Shown piece after piece: positions 6,176 to 16,479 of a stretch of DNA of 25,659 bases; positions within the stretch are counted from its first letter, which is position 1; each line of letters starts with the position of its first letter. The stretch comes from a virus (lineage: Duplodnaviria; Caudoviricetes), in the IMG/VR virus record IMGVR_UViG_3300011439_000044, positions 1 to 25,659 of that record; one strand, 5' to 3'. The translations under genes were made by a program, and so were the position numbers. The notes below the pieces were generated by a model, which saw only the letters and a program-made list of their open reading frames with translations, made no database searches and was not told where the DNA came from.

Positions 6176-7882
6176 ATGGAGTCAAACATTGAAGGCTTTT
6201 TCAGCCTTCTCTTTCAGTACGCTCCCCCCGGGACATTGTATTATGGGGCGAGAATTCTTAAGCCTGTTAAGAAGGCTTACCCTAAGTTCTACTCTGATCC
6301 CAACCAACTGATTGCGGCGATCAAAGAGCATCAAGAGAACGATCAAGCCGATTTCTATTTCTCGCCCGCCTTTTATAAGCGACAGACTAAGGCTATCAAG
6401 TCTAATGTTGCTGGCGCTGGTTGTGTGTGGGTAGATTGTGACGACGGCCTACCTGAGTTCGAGCAAGAACCAAACTTCCTGTTAGAAACAAGCCCGGAGA
6501 GATACCATGCCTATTGGATATTGGAGCGATTTCGTCCAGCCGAGGAAATCGAAGCGATCAACCGAACCCTTGCGTATCAATATAATACTGACAAATCAGG
6601 ATGGGATTGCACTCAACTTCTACGTCCCCCTGGATCTTATAATCGAAGGCGAAGTAATCATCAGACGCAAATACGACGAAGTGATACGAGTAATACCTTC
6701 ACCTTCTCAGAAGTCCACGTTGACGATTACAAGAGCCACGATAGAAAGACAGATGGAGGCGGGGGAAGCATTGAATCTCTCTTCGCAGAACTTGTATTTA
6801 CGCAGAGAGTTCGGGACCTTATCTTCTCTGCCACCGGCGAAGGGACAAAAGAAAAACGCTCCGGACTTATCTATCATACCGCCTGTGAACTGGTTGGAAT
6901 GAGGTTGAGGGATGATCAAATCCTTCAACTTTTACAGTATCAAGATGCCAGGCTCCACAAATTCACCGATCGTCACGATCAAGTTAGTGTTCTACAGGGA
7001 GTAATCGAAGCCGCTCGGAAAAAGACCGGCACAGTTGAACCAATCCGTCAAGAGAAGCCTCTCTATCAGATCTGGCGCGGTAACAAGGAATTCTTCCTCG
7101 CTACCGAAGAAGATAAGTTCCTTGTGCAGCATATCTTCTTCGAGGAAGGCATCCTTGTAGTCGGGGGAGAACCTGGATCGGGCAAATCTAGATTCGCTCT
7201 GGACATACTAGACAGTATTTCCTGTGGGGCCGACTTTATTGGCAAGGAAGTAGGCGAGCCGAGGAAATGCGCTTACCTCGGATTGGATATGCCTGCACGC
7301 CGAGTTCGCTCAATTCGTATGCAACAGTCAAATGCGTATACGAAAGAACAGCAAGATCTTATTAACGAGAACATGACGCTATTGATTCGTGGCTCTGGTA
7401 TGGATATGACCGATACACGAATTCAAGAGCAGGTTCAATCAGATCTGGTTGAGTCAGGTGCCGCCGTAATCTGCATTGATGTTATCGGCCGGGCTGTTCC
7501 CACGTTGAATGAAGATGTTCCGGCCCAGATCTTTCTAAACTGGGCACAAGATCTGGTCAATGATTACCAGGTTTCCTTCCTTCTAGTAACTCATACGAGG
7601 AAGGTCCCTGTAGGAAACAAAGCTGCCTATAAACTCGATGACCTATACGGTTCCCGTCACTGGTCAATTACTCCTGACACCTGCATCATCCTTGAAGATC
7701 AGGGGAAGGGCAAAGAGACGATCATTCACGTCAACAAGGATAGGTCCGGTGAACTTGGAGATGAGTTTCGTGTGTTTAAAGATTACGATACGAGTCACTA
7801 CTCACTAGTGACCGGCGAATCGAAGTCCCAGGATAAACAGGGAGAGCAGATAAAGATGGGAGAAAAAGGGGTGACCGTGTGA
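6176..7882 (+). CDS. RepB-type (AEP) primase fused to AAA_25/SF4 helicase
   Basis: VWVDCD, ETSPERYHAYW and LLRPPGSYN primase motifs; GEPGSGKS Walker A, ICIDV Walker B, LVTHTRK, YGS and KDR. Start placed at ATG 6176 after the SD. Confidence 0.9.
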   Translation: MESNIEGFFSLLFQYAPPGTLYYGARILKPVKKAYPKFYSDPNQLIAAIKEHQENDQADFYFSPAFYKRQTKAIKSNVAGAGCVWVDCDDGLPEFEQEPNFLLETSPERYHAYWILERFRPAEEIEAINRTLAYQYNTDKSGWDCTQLLRPPGSYNRRRSNHQTQIRRSDTSNTFTFSEVHVDDYKSHDRKTDGGGGSIESLFAELVFTQRVRDLIFSATGEGTKEKRSGLIYHTACELVGMRLRDDQILQLLQYQDARLHKFTDRHDQVSVLQGVIEAARKKTGTVEPIRQEKPLYQIWRGNKEFFLATEEDKFLVQHIFFEEGILVVGGEPGSGKSRFALDILDSISCGADFIGKEVGEPRKCAYLGLDMPARRVRSIRMQQSNAYTKEQQDLINENMTLLIRGSGMDMTDTRIQEQVQSDLVESGAAVICIDVIGRAVPTLNEDVPAQIFLNWAQDLVNDYQVSFLLVTHTRKVPVGNKAAYKLDDLYGSRHWSITPDTCIILEDQGKGKETIIHVNKDRSGELGDEFRVFKDYDTSHYSLVTGESKSQDKQGEQIKMGEKGVTV

Positions 7883-9567
7883 CTCTCGTACAAGATGACG
7901 CTGACGTTGAAATCTTCCGGACCTGGTTGCGCCGCCAAAGAATCTTGGCCATAGATACCGAGACAAATATGACTGACTTGGATCACGAGAGATTCTTAGT
8001 CGGTGCCTCTTTCTACGCTAAAGGTGACGATCCTTGGTATGTTCCGTTCGGCCATGAACATCCCTTCATCCCTGTAGAAAATGTACCCCTCTGGGATTTC
8101 TCCAAGGACATTCATCCTGACTGTACCCTGATCTTTCACAACGCTAAGTTCGACTTGAAGGTTCTACGCAAGACAGGAATTGATCTTCTCTCCTGGAACA
8201 TTATAGATACGATGCTCTGGCATCATCTGCTAGACTCTTACCATCCCCCGAAGGGATGGCCTGGACATACGCTAGAAGCCTTAGAGAAGGCCCTTCTAAA
8301 GAAAGACACTAAGGCAGCGCTTGTCAAACAGATTAAGGTGATCCGCAAAGACTATGGAATGGAAGCCGTTCCCCCATTTGTGATGGCTGGCTACGCTTCC
8401 AACGACGTAGTTTCCACCTACCAACTCTATGAGTTGTTCCTTCCACAAATGGAGGAATGGCTTTTGCTTCCTATTTGGGAAATCGATTTGGAGTTTATGC
8501 GACTCCTAGTGCGGATCGAAGAAGTCGGACTTCTGTTAGATCAATCCGAGTCTCTGCGGCTTGCAGCCGAATCCAAAGTTCGCATGGATCAGATTCGTAC
8601 ATATCTACCATTTGATCCAGCGAAAGATTCACAAGCGCGGAAGCGTTTCTTTGGGGACGCTCCATTAGGTTTAGGTTTGCAGCCATCGAAGAAAACTCCT
8701 AGTCAATTGCCAAGTGTCGATGAGTCGGTGCTCGAAGGCATCAACCATCCCGAGGCAGGTCTCTTACTAGAGTATAGAGGATTGGCTAAGGCTACGTCAA
8801 CATGGTTTCAAGGACTGCCCGACAAGGCTGACCAGGGCGGATACGTTCACCCGTCATTTAAGCAGCACGGCACCGTCACTCATAGGCTGTCTGCGGAGAA
8901 CCCCAACCCTCAGCAGTTCCCCCGAGATGGCGACGTGAAGAAATTGTTTATGCCAGAGAAAGGGCATGATTTAATCGAATTTGACTATCGAACTGTCGAG
9001 TTCAGACTAGGTGCTGTCTATGCTGACCAGAAGGGTCTGTTGGAAATCTTTAGAAATAATGGCGACCTTCATGCAGAAGTTGCTCAGAGACTCAATATCT
9101 CTCGTCCAATTGCGAAGAACGTGAACTTCACCATCATTTACTTAGGTGGTGTCGAAGTTCTCTACCACAAGTACGGAATCCCTCGCAAGGAAGGTCAGCG
9201 GATCATCAATGACTATAAGAAGGAGTACCATGAAATCTTTGCGATGGCTAAGAGATGCCAACAACTAGCAGAATCTCGTGGGTGGATTCGCTATTGGGAT
9301 GGGCGGCTGAGAATCTTTAAGAACAAGTGGGAATGTAAGGATGCGTGGAACTCCTTGATTCAGGGCGGATCTTTCCAGATCATTAAGCGCTCTATGCTGA
9401 CGTTAGCAGAGCAAGGCATTGATATTCGTAACCAGGTTCACGACTCTATCTGGATCAATTACCCTAAAGGAGAAGATCCACAGAAGGTCTGTGACGTAAT
9501 GACTAACTGGACTGTCGAACAATTCGGCATTCCATTCCATGTTGAGTGGAAGGTGTTGCACGCATGA
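7879..9567 (+). CDS. Family A DNA polymerase with 3'-5' exonuclease
   Basis: ExoI DTET, ExoII HNAKFD, ExoIII YASND; motif A DYRTVEFR, motif B R...KNVNF...Y, motif C VHDS. Confidence 0.95.
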   Translation: MTLVQDDADVEIFRTWLRRQRILAIDTETNMTDLDHERFLVGASFYAKGDDPWYVPFGHEHPFIPVENVPLWDFSKDIHPDCTLIFHNAKFDLKVLRKTGIDLLSWNIIDTMLWHHLLDSYHPPKGWPGHTLEALEKALLKKDTKAALVKQIKVIRKDYGMEAVPPFVMAGYASNDVVSTYQLYELFLPQMEEWLLLPIWEIDLEFMRLLVRIEEVGLLLDQSESLRLAAESKVRMDQIRTYLPFDPAKDSQARKRFFGDAPLGLGLQPSKKTPSQLPSVDESVLEGINHPEAGLLLEYRGLAKATSTWFQGLPDKADQGGYVHPSFKQHGTVTHRLSAENPNPQQFPRDGDVKKLFMPEKGHDLIEFDYRTVEFRLGAVYADQKGLLEIFRNNGDLHAEVAQRLNISRPIAKNVNFTIIYLGGVEVLYHKYGIPRKEGQRIINDYKKEYHEIFAMAKRCQQLAESRGWIRYWDGRLRIFKNKWECKDAWNSLIQGGSFQIIKRSMLTLAEQGIDIRNQVHDSIWINYPKGEDPQKVCDVMTNWTVEQFGIPFHVEWKVLHA

Positions 9568-10112
9568 TTCTTTATGGCTTTGATCCAGGAGAGCACATCG
9601 GTTTCGCGGCCGGCTCAATCGAGGATGGAACTTTTACCATCACTGAGGTTCAGGAGATGAGTCAGAAATCATTTGATGAGTGGTGTGTTTCTCGAATGGG
9701 TGTTAGTTACGAAGCAACTTTAGTCTGCGAGGATTACATCATTGACCCGCGGCCGAAGAATCGGGGAGGTTCTGGCTATGATCATCAATGGGATAAAGGG
9801 ATTTCCTTGCGGCAAATTGGAGCACTACGGCTTCTGTGTCTGGTGAATAATTGGACGTTTGAGGCGCAGCCGAATACTCGGAAACCGGCAGGATACGGAT
9901 TTCTAGGGGCACAGTATAAGCGGGGGGCAAAGGGACGTCATACGTTTGACGCTGTAGCGCATCTAGCGTTCTACGGGGTGAAGCATAAATTGTGGGTTCC
10001 TGATATTCCAGAAAAGGCGCCCGAGCCAATCTCTCAGAATACGAGTAACCGCCCCAAACCCCGTATTGTTCATCACGCCTTATGGCGCCAGCCTCGCAAT
10101 CCTTCCGCCTAG
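9564..10112 (+). CDS. RuvC-like Holliday junction resolvase
   Basis: GFDPG..IGFA, VCEDY, IGAL and HTFDA..H match actinophage RuvC-like proteins. ATGA overlap with the polymerase stop. Confidence 0.75.
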   Translation: MILYGFDPGEHIGFAAGSIEDGTFTITEVQEMSQKSFDEWCVSRMGVSYEATLVCEDYIIDPRPKNRGGSGYDHQWDKGISLRQIGALRLLCLVNNWTFEAQPNTRKPAGYGFLGAQYKRGAKGRHTFDAVAHLAFYGVKHKLWVPDIPEKAPEPISQNTSNRPKPRIVHHALWRQPRNPSA

Positions 10113-10230
10113 CGCATTTCATACAAATGGCTTTAGCTTTGGCTATTTCCTTGACCTTATCTTCCCCCACAAAGAAAAGATCCGTATTATGCAAGCAAGG
10201 CGGGGACCATCCCTCGCCATCCGTGCTCAT
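9739..10230 (-). CDS. WhiB-family (Wbl) Fe-S transcriptional regulator with C-terminal extension
   Basis: C12, DLFF, AKAICMKC..R..C45, GVWGG and ER; GGGAGG SD upstream. Confidence 0.92.
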   Translation of the reverse strand: MSTDGEGWSPPCLHNTDLFFVGEDKVKEIAKAKAICMKCARRKDCEAGAIRRDEQYGVWGGYSYSERLARAPFLEYQEPTIYASPRRTLDALQRQTYDVPLPPAYTVPLEIRILPVSEYSAAPQTSNYSPDTEAVVLQFAARKSLYPIDDHSQNLPDSSAAGQ

Positions 10231-10353
10231 CGTACAAGCCTCCCGTTGCCGTCTGTGTGGCTCCCTGTTGGGTTGAGCCTAGCACCCCGGCCACTTCCCC
10301 CACAAGTGCATTCTGACGAGAGGCTAAAACGAATTTAACATAGACTGAGATCC

Positions 10354-13300
10354 TCAGCCTCCGCTGGCCTTGCGGACAGCCGTGATGAAGTCATGCTCTC
10401 TCGCAATGATTTCTCCCGAAGGATCTTTCACGAGATAGTACGTTCCGTTCTTCTTCGATGTAGTCTTAGTAATCTTGTACGGAGCGATAGCGTCGTTGAC
10501 TTCCTTAAAGACTCCTTCGATCGGATCAATCTGTCCTTGGAGAGCAGCTTGTTGTCTCTGCTCAGTCATTCGACCGATCGGAATTCCAATTGTTCCAAGC
10601 CGTTCAAGAATAGCGGTGCCCGGTCCTTCCGAAGCGCTAGTTTTTTGTGGCGAAAGAGGATGACCCGCCATTCTTGCACCAATAGATACAGTAGGAACCT
10701 GGCCTAAGATCCAATCCCCCCACTGGTCAATCTTTCTATCGTTGAACAGAGTCTTACCAGAAGCAAGTTCGATTCCGCCGCGAATTGGTGGAGCGAATTG
10801 ATTCAATGCGTTAGTGAAGGGTGCCCGCATAGACTCCCCTCCGAGTAAACGGTTAACTACGTTCAACGGAGTTGGATCACGAAGATACAAAGGCTCAGCT
10901 TCGTCAGTGAGTCTAGTAACTCCTTGCTGCTTCGCCCAGAACGGCCAAATCGTTCCGTCATCTTCTTCCTTAGGGACTCCCAATAACTGCTCAACGGCTC
11001 TCTTGGAACGATCATAGTGAGCCATTCTACCGGGACGAGTGATCATGCCTTCTAGCATGAGTGGGGTAGCCTTACGCATGAAGGTATAGAACGGAACAAA
11101 CCGCTTACGAATGTTTCGTTCAAAGGGAGTAATCGCTGTGTAGTCAATGTTCCACTTGGCTACTCGCTTAGCCGCTAATTCTGTGGCACCTTCATACGCC
11201 TTGTCCCACTTATATCCACGACCAACAAGTCTCCGAGCTTCATCATCTACAGCATGGAGATAGTGAGCAAACCTTACCCACTCTTCTCGTGTTTCATAAA
11301 GATTCTGACCTCCTCTAACGAAGCGGCCCGGTATTCCTCGTAGGCCCTTAGAACCAAGTCGTGAAATGTGTCCCATTCCTTCGGATCGGATAAACCCTCC
11401 GGACGGAGCCTTACGCTTGAAGTCATCCAAGATCTGTCCCGCATCAACATTTCTCCTCGCAATACTAACAGAACGAAGCGGCGCTTGTTCCTGAACATGG
11501 AGAATCCCAGCGGCCTTTTTATACCAGGACGGACTACGCACACCGTCCATATAGTTTAGAAAGAAGTCACCGATAGTATTGTTGACCCAGTTCCCAGGGT
11601 TGGCAATTGTGGCAGAAGTCTTGAACATTCTAACCATTGCATCGTAGGCGCCAAGGAATCCATCAGCTTCCACGTTATGCCCGATACCCATGAGGTTATC
11701 CATAGTCTTGAAAGTGTCATGGATTTCAGGAGCAAGATACCACTTAGCGTTCTCTGCTGCTGCTACATCTTGAAAGGGCTTGTTCATGGACTTGCCGGAA
11801 ACCTCTTCCAATCCAAGTCCATTAGCTAGTGCAGCGTTATCTGTCTTAACTCCGAAGTTAGAGATAACTCCCTGGCGAAAGTTCGCTCTTTGGAGATCAC
11901 GGACATAATCTCGGTGCTGCATGATAAGGATTCGGTCAATACGATCCTCTGGCTTAAGTCCTGCCTTAGCGGCAGTATCTACCGTAGCTCCCTTTCGCCC
12001 AGCCTTTATGTCAACATTACGAGCGTCCTTGAAAGCTTTGATAGCCTTCTTATTCCGGGAGTGATAGTAGTGATAGAGATAGTTCTCCACCTTCTCCCCA
12101 GGCACATACTTACCCAGAGCAGCCTGTTGATCGAAAATATCCTGAGACATTTTCATAGCCTGGACTCTAAGTGCATCTAAATGAGGATTCTCTAGAGTGT
12201 AGCCACCTTCTATCGCCCGCCGGATTTGCTTAGACTCAGCATGAGTGATGGTGTTAGTGAAAGTCTTCATCACATTGTTAGCAAACTCAATATGTGTGGC
12301 AGATCCATTGTTCTCAGCCGCTTGCCGGATGTAATTAGTCTCGTCCGGGAAGTGAGAACCCATTCTGAAAGCCTTCGCAAAAGTCCCGCCCGGCCCTGTA
12401 GCACCTAATCTACCTACCAGTTCAAAGGGGACATACATTCCTCGCAAAGCAGCCCCGATAGGGGCAAAGTCTCCTAAGTCCTTCCCATTGAACCGAATAG
12501 CAAAGCGCTTTCCAATACCCTCTTCGAGAATCTTAGTCATCGCCTCTGTAGTGGGCAGAATTTCTTCGAGCAAAGACTCATCGAATAGTTTAGCTCTCTG
12601 CTCTGCACCAGTTAGAACCTTACCAGCCTTCTTTAGCTCGCCAACCTTTGCCTGAGTTCGGACAAGTGCAGCTTCCTGAACTCCCTCCTCTCCGACCATT
12701 CTTAGCGCTGTTTGTGCAACTCTAGATCTGATCCCTGCCTTGGTAAGCGGGCGGCCAAAAATTCCCGCTTCGTTTAGAATGTCAATGGCGGTTTGCTGAG
12801 CATTAACCGGATCGGCTAGAACTTGTTGTGCGGCCTGCTTAACAGTAGCAGTATCCGCAACGGCATGAGTAGTGGCGTTCTCTTTCTCTACAATCATACG
12901 TGAGATTTCATCAGAAAGTTTAGGCGGAGTTGCACCCTTTAGTGATTCCCCAACCCCATCGGCAACTTTAGGGCCACTAGCCTCTGCTTCTTTCATTAGA
13001 GCGATGATTTGCTCTTGGATTGTAGGAGATGCATTACCAATAGCTTCCTTAGTGGCCTTTGGAATAGTGCTTACTGCTTCGCCTCTGGCAATCTTCTCTG
13101 CAAATGTCAGAATCTGAGCACTATTATCTGGAATAGCGGCAACCCTAGCCGCCTGCAACTCACTATGAACAGCAGTCATTCTTCGAGCTAAAGCTTCGTT
13201 CCCAGGATTCTTTTGTACGAGTTTGTTCAAACGCTCAACTCGCTTTTCAAGCCCGGCAATTTTACCTAATCCTACAGGGGTGGCCCTTGCAACATCTCTA

Positions 13301-14682
13301 AGGTGTTGAGCAGCCGTCATCCTATTAAGAAGTTCGTCATGCTTAGCGACTGTTGCGGCCAAATTGTCCTCGGAGCCTTTGCCCTTCTTAAGCAAAGACT
13401 TAGCGGATTGAACCTGCCGAGCGGCTTTTGCAGTTTCGTTTCGGAGCGCACGGAATCCCGGCTCGGAAGCATCAGTAATTCTTGCGGCTTGGGAAGCTTT
13501 AGCCGTAACTTCTTCTACCCTTGCTGCGGATTGAACTTCATCTGTCAATTCAAATCCACGCCCAGGAAGTCCAGTACCGAGTTCCTTTACTCTCGGACCA
13601 GGCATAAGTTCTCTCGGTGCCGCCCAATCATGGGGGGTTTCATCCGCCAGGCGAGCTAATACGTTATCAGCAATCTTTGCACCCTTAACCGCATCTTGTG
13701 TATCTCTTGCGGCCTTGGTTGCAAGTGAAGTAGCCCTAGCAGATTCAAGAACATGCTCTGCATTTCTAGGAGCACGCAAAACGTTTGCGCCTTTGGCTAC
13801 AACTCCCGCGGTTACAGCATTTAGCGGATCAATTGCAACATCTGTTGCGAAACCAGCGGCAGTAGGAACTATCTTCTGAGGACCCGTTAGAGGCTGATAA
13901 TCATTAGCCCTAACGTACTCCTGCGTGAAGGGTTCCATGAAGGAATAGATTTCTCTACCCTGCAATCCCTGCCATATACGATTAATGGGGCCTTGTTTCT
14001 TCGCCTTTTCCCAATAATCGTATTCGGCCTGAGCGGCAGCAGCCTGAGCCGGAGAGAGTTTCTTTCCTTCTGCACGAAGTTCTGCTACGGTGCTTGGACG
14101 ACCTTGCGCCATTTCAACAAGTGCCGTCATTCCACCAACAGCTGCATTCCCTGGACGACCAATTAAATCAAGCGCCCTACCAGCAACATCTCCGACAACA
14201 GATTCTCCAACTGCTTTTGCTTTGTCCGCAATGTTCCTCTGCCAGAAACTCTTTGGCTTGAAGCGGTCAAGATCAGGTGCTACGCCCGTTTTGAAGTCGG
14301 CTTCTAGCTGAGAGATGATCCCCTTAATCATCTCTTGTCGTTGCTTAAGAGATTCAGTTTCTTCGCGCTCAGTAGTAGGCTTCCGAGTCGATGTATTTAC
14401 ACCGCCAACTTCCACTCCACTCCCTCTAGCCCTACGAGTTTCGCCAGGCTTAGAAGGACGATAGGGAGCCTTAATTTGGGGTATAGGAGTAGAAGCCTTA
14501 GAGTATTGGGGAACGTCAACACCCTTATCCCGCTTGTATTGCGCCCGCCACAGCAAAATCTGTTCGTTAGCCTTGGCCAACGCCCGTTCATTGGCTGCTC
14601 GACTATCAGGCTCTTTCGCATACTTCTTGTATGTGAAATATTGAATAGGAGCGCCAGATTCTTTAGCTTCTGGCTTGGGCAT
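10354..14682 (-). CDS. Large internal virion / DNA ejection protein (1442 aa)
   Basis: Last and largest gene after the tail genes. Ala/Lys-rich and helical, with NPG..VNN..G and DY...TPFER...KRFVPFYTF motifs typical of podophage large ejection proteins. Confidence 0.7.
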   Translation of the reverse strand: MPKPEAKESGAPIQYFTYKKYAKEPDSRAANERALAKANEQILLWRAQYKRDKGVDVPQYSKASTPIPQIKAPYRPSKPGETRRARGSGVEVGGVNTSTRKPTTEREETESLKQRQEMIKGIISQLEADFKTGVAPDLDRFKPKSFWQRNIADKAKAVGESVVGDVAGRALDLIGRPGNAAVGGMTALVEMAQGRPSTVAELRAEGKKLSPAQAAAAQAEYDYWEKAKKQGPINRIWQGLQGREIYSFMEPFTQEYVRANDYQPLTGPQKIVPTAAGFATDVAIDPLNAVTAGVVAKGANVLRAPRNAEHVLESARATSLATKAARDTQDAVKGAKIADNVLARLADETPHDWAAPRELMPGPRVKELGTGLPGRGFELTDEVQSAARVEEVTAKASQAARITDASEPGFRALRNETAKAARQVQSAKSLLKKGKGSEDNLAATVAKHDELLNRMTAAQHLRDVARATPVGLGKIAGLEKRVERLNKLVQKNPGNEALARRMTAVHSELQAARVAAIPDNSAQILTFAEKIARGEAVSTIPKATKEAIGNASPTIQEQIIALMKEAEASGPKVADGVGESLKGATPPKLSDEISRMIVEKENATTHAVADTATVKQAAQQVLADPVNAQQTAIDILNEAGIFGRPLTKAGIRSRVAQTALRMVGEEGVQEAALVRTQAKVGELKKAGKVLTGAEQRAKLFDESLLEEILPTTEAMTKILEEGIGKRFAIRFNGKDLGDFAPIGAALRGMYVPFELVGRLGATGPGGTFAKAFRMGSHFPDETNYIRQAAENNGSATHIEFANNVMKTFTNTITHAESKQIRRAIEGGYTLENPHLDALRVQAMKMSQDIFDQQAALGKYVPGEKVENYLYHYYHSRNKKAIKAFKDARNVDIKAGRKGATVDTAAKAGLKPEDRIDRILIMQHRDYVRDLQRANFRQGVISNFGVKTDNAALANGLGLEEVSGKSMNKPFQDVAAAENAKWYLAPEIHDTFKTMDNLMGIGHNVEADGFLGAYDAMVRMFKTSATIANPGNWVNNTIGDFFLNYMDGVRSPSWYKKAAGILHVQEQAPLRSVSIARRNVDAGQILDDFKRKAPSGGFIRSEGMGHISRLGSKGLRGIPGRFVRGGQNLYETREEWVRFAHYLHAVDDEARRLVGRGYKWDKAYEGATELAAKRVAKWNIDYTAITPFERNIRKRFVPFYTFMRKATPLMLEGMITRPGRMAHYDRSKRAVEQLLGVPKEEDDGTIWPFWAKQQGVTRLTDEAEPLYLRDPTPLNVVNRLLGGESMRAPFTNALNQFAPPIRGGIELASGKTLFNDRKIDQWGDWILGQVPTVSIGARMAGHPLSPQKTSASEGPGTAILERLGTIGIPIGRMTEQRQQAALQGQIDPIEGVFKEVNDAIAPYKITKTTSKKNGTYYLVKDPSGEIIAREHDFITAVRKASGG

Positions 14683-15516
14683 TTAGCGCCTTCCTTTTAG
14701 GAGCATAGGGCGCCTCGCTCCGCCCTTAGTGGCGGTAATCTTCTTAGCGTTACTCGCCCTCTTTGAAGTCTTTACTGGAGCCATCCCGCCTCGTCTTTCT
14801 GGGCGGACATAATCTGACGAGTAAGTAGAACCAGAAGGGGGATTGTAAGGATTAATTGCAATAAAAGCCATTTGTTCCGCAGGCATTCCTGGCGAACTTC
14901 CACTAGAACTTCCACTCTTCTTTCCACTCCTTCCTCGTCCGCCACTTCTTCCTCCGCCCCCTCCACCGCCACCGCCACCAGAACCTCCACCGGCTTGTGC
15001 TTGTAGCCCTTGCATTTGAGCGAGAAGATTAGCTAGAGATGTTCCCGCTTGAACGTCAAAGGAACCAAGACGATCCCTAAGAAGTTCTCCGTAACCGCCC
15101 TTTAGAAGATCATATGAAGCCATCTGATTAGTACGATTGGCTTTGTTCATGTTGAGAATCTGATTCATCTGTTGATTCGTACTCTCAACACCAGGACCCT
15201 TTAGGGCATCTTCTAGCCCAAGACGCTTAGCAATCTCAGATTGATAGTTCTGAGAGTTCTGATAACCAGCTTGAACAGTAGCATCAGTATTAGCAAACTG
15301 GCTCATCATTTGCTCTCGGGCAGCATTTGACCGAGCATCATACTGATCTACTGCATCTTCCGCTCCATACCTAAGTCCTTCGTACAGATCGGAAATCTTT
15401 CCAGCCACGTCTTGAACTTCGGGCGGCAAACCACCAAAAGCAGCCTTAGCTGCATTACCCTTTGTTGCAGACGTCCAAGCTCTAGCGTCTTTAACCCATT
15501 GAGAAATCTCTGCCAT
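14683..15516 (-). CDS. Putative internal virion (ejection) protein with Gly/Ser-rich and basic C-terminus
   Basis: Position, Gln/Ala-rich helical composition and TAA-ATG abutment with neighbours. Confidence 0.6.
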   Translation of the reverse strand: MAEISQWVKDARAWTSATKGNAAKAAFGGLPPEVQDVAGKISDLYEGLRYGAEDAVDQYDARSNAAREQMMSQFANTDATVQAGYQNSQNYQSEIAKRLGLEDALKGPGVESTNQQMNQILNMNKANRTNQMASYDLLKGGYGELLRDRLGSFDVQAGTSLANLLAQMQGLQAQAGGGSGGGGGGGGGGRSGGRGRSGKKSGSSSGSSPGMPAEQMAFIAINPYNPPSGSTYSSDYVRPERRGGMAPVKTSKRASNAKKITATKGGARRPMLLKGRR

Positions 15517-16269
15517 TTAGAATTGCCGCCCTCCATAACCTTGTCCCTTAAGCACAGGCTTCGGAGGAATACTAGTTGGAGCGGGACGCATTGGAATTGC
15601 CGGAGCAGGAGCCGGTGCTGGCATAGGATTATATGGAGCGGGAGCAGATGATCTAGCGGGAGCCGAAGTAGGCGAACTCCTAGAAGGTGCAGGACGGGGA
15701 GCAGAATATCCACCTCCACCACCTTGTGGCTGCTGCATTGCATTCTGTTGCATTACAGAGTTCCACAGATCAATTGCCTGTTGATGAAGGAACGCCTGCA
15801 AATCAGTTCCATAACCCGATTCCGCAGCCATTCGACCAGAAGTCAAACCCTGCTCCAAATTGAGACGATTCCTTCCAATCCCTTGAATACCGGAATCACG
15901 ATTTGCGCCGAGGTTTGCAATGTAACGATCGAAGTCTGCGTTAGTACGACCGACTTCATCAACATGGGCGCCAGAGAAACTCTGCCCCCTCTGAGCAAAG
16001 CTGCCCTTAAGGGCTTCCAAAGCCCTATCTCGATCAATTGCGGACTGAGCGAAGTTCTGCTCATAAGTCCGATTCAGGTTTCCTTCTTCTGTATCATACT
16101 GAGCAGATGATTGAAGTCCCTGCCGATACAAGTCCGACATAGACTGATCAAACTGCGTGTTTCCTCCGAACCCTGCGGCTCGGTTAGAATCAATACCCAA
16201 CCGCTGTAGGATTGCAGATCTTTGAGAAGCGGGATTAGTAAATCCTGCCAGAACGTCCTGTAGAGCCAT
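15517..16269 (-). CDS. Putative internal virion (ejection) protein with Pro-rich tail
   Basis: GGAGGAGG SD; AQRG..FSG-type segment; Gln/Gly-rich; position. Confidence 0.6.
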   Translation of the reverse strand: MALQDVLAGFTNPASQRSAILQRLGIDSNRAAGFGGNTQFDQSMSDLYRQGLQSSAQYDTEEGNLNRTYEQNFAQSAIDRDRALEALKGSFAQRGQSFSGAHVDEVGRTNADFDRYIANLGANRDSGIQGIGRNRLNLEQGLTSGRMAAESGYGTDLQAFLHQQAIDLWNSVMQQNAMQQPQGGGGGYSAPRPAPSRSSPTSAPARSSAPAPYNPMPAPAPAPAIPMRPAPTSIPPKPVLKGQGYGGRQF

Positions 16270-16465
16270 TATCTAGCCTCCTCCCAATAGCTCTGTGGAG
16301 CTTCTTGGGTTCGTATTTAATAGGACCTAAAGTTCGTTGAAGGTCTTTAAAAGAATCGTCGGGTCTAACAGCAGTTGCCCCCTTAAAATTAGGGGAGTTC
16401 GTGCCACTAAACCCATAGAGTCTCTTCCCTTGTCGGAGTGTATTTGACTTCATAGGTTGATACAT
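16235..16465 (-). CDS. Small basic protein (76 aa) containing RAIGRRL
   Basis: ATG 16465 with an AGGA SD (the track gives 16483). Fills the gap between the fibre and ejection genes. Confidence 0.65.
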   Translation of the reverse strand: MYQPMKSNTLRQGKRLYGFSGTNSPNFKGATAVRPDDSFKDLQRTLGPIKYEPKKLHRAIGRRLDNGSTGRSGRIY

Positions 16466-16479
16466 CGTCAAGTTCCTAA

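Noticed and set aside
7879-9567. 2-aminoadenine (Z-genome) pathway
   Set aside because: No PurZ or DatZ is visible in the window, so it cannot be supported.
10313-10334. Hammerhead ribozyme core (CTGACGA...GAA)
   Set aside because: There is no stem II, it reads GAAT instead of GAAA, and no flanking stems were found.
10354-14682. Tape measure protein
   Set aside because: There are no tail tube or chaperone genes and no TMP repeats; the C-terminal motifs and nozzle/adaptor context fit an ejection protein.
14951-14991. CCN-rich simple repeat
   Set aside because: It encodes a poly-Gly linker in the 277-aa protein.
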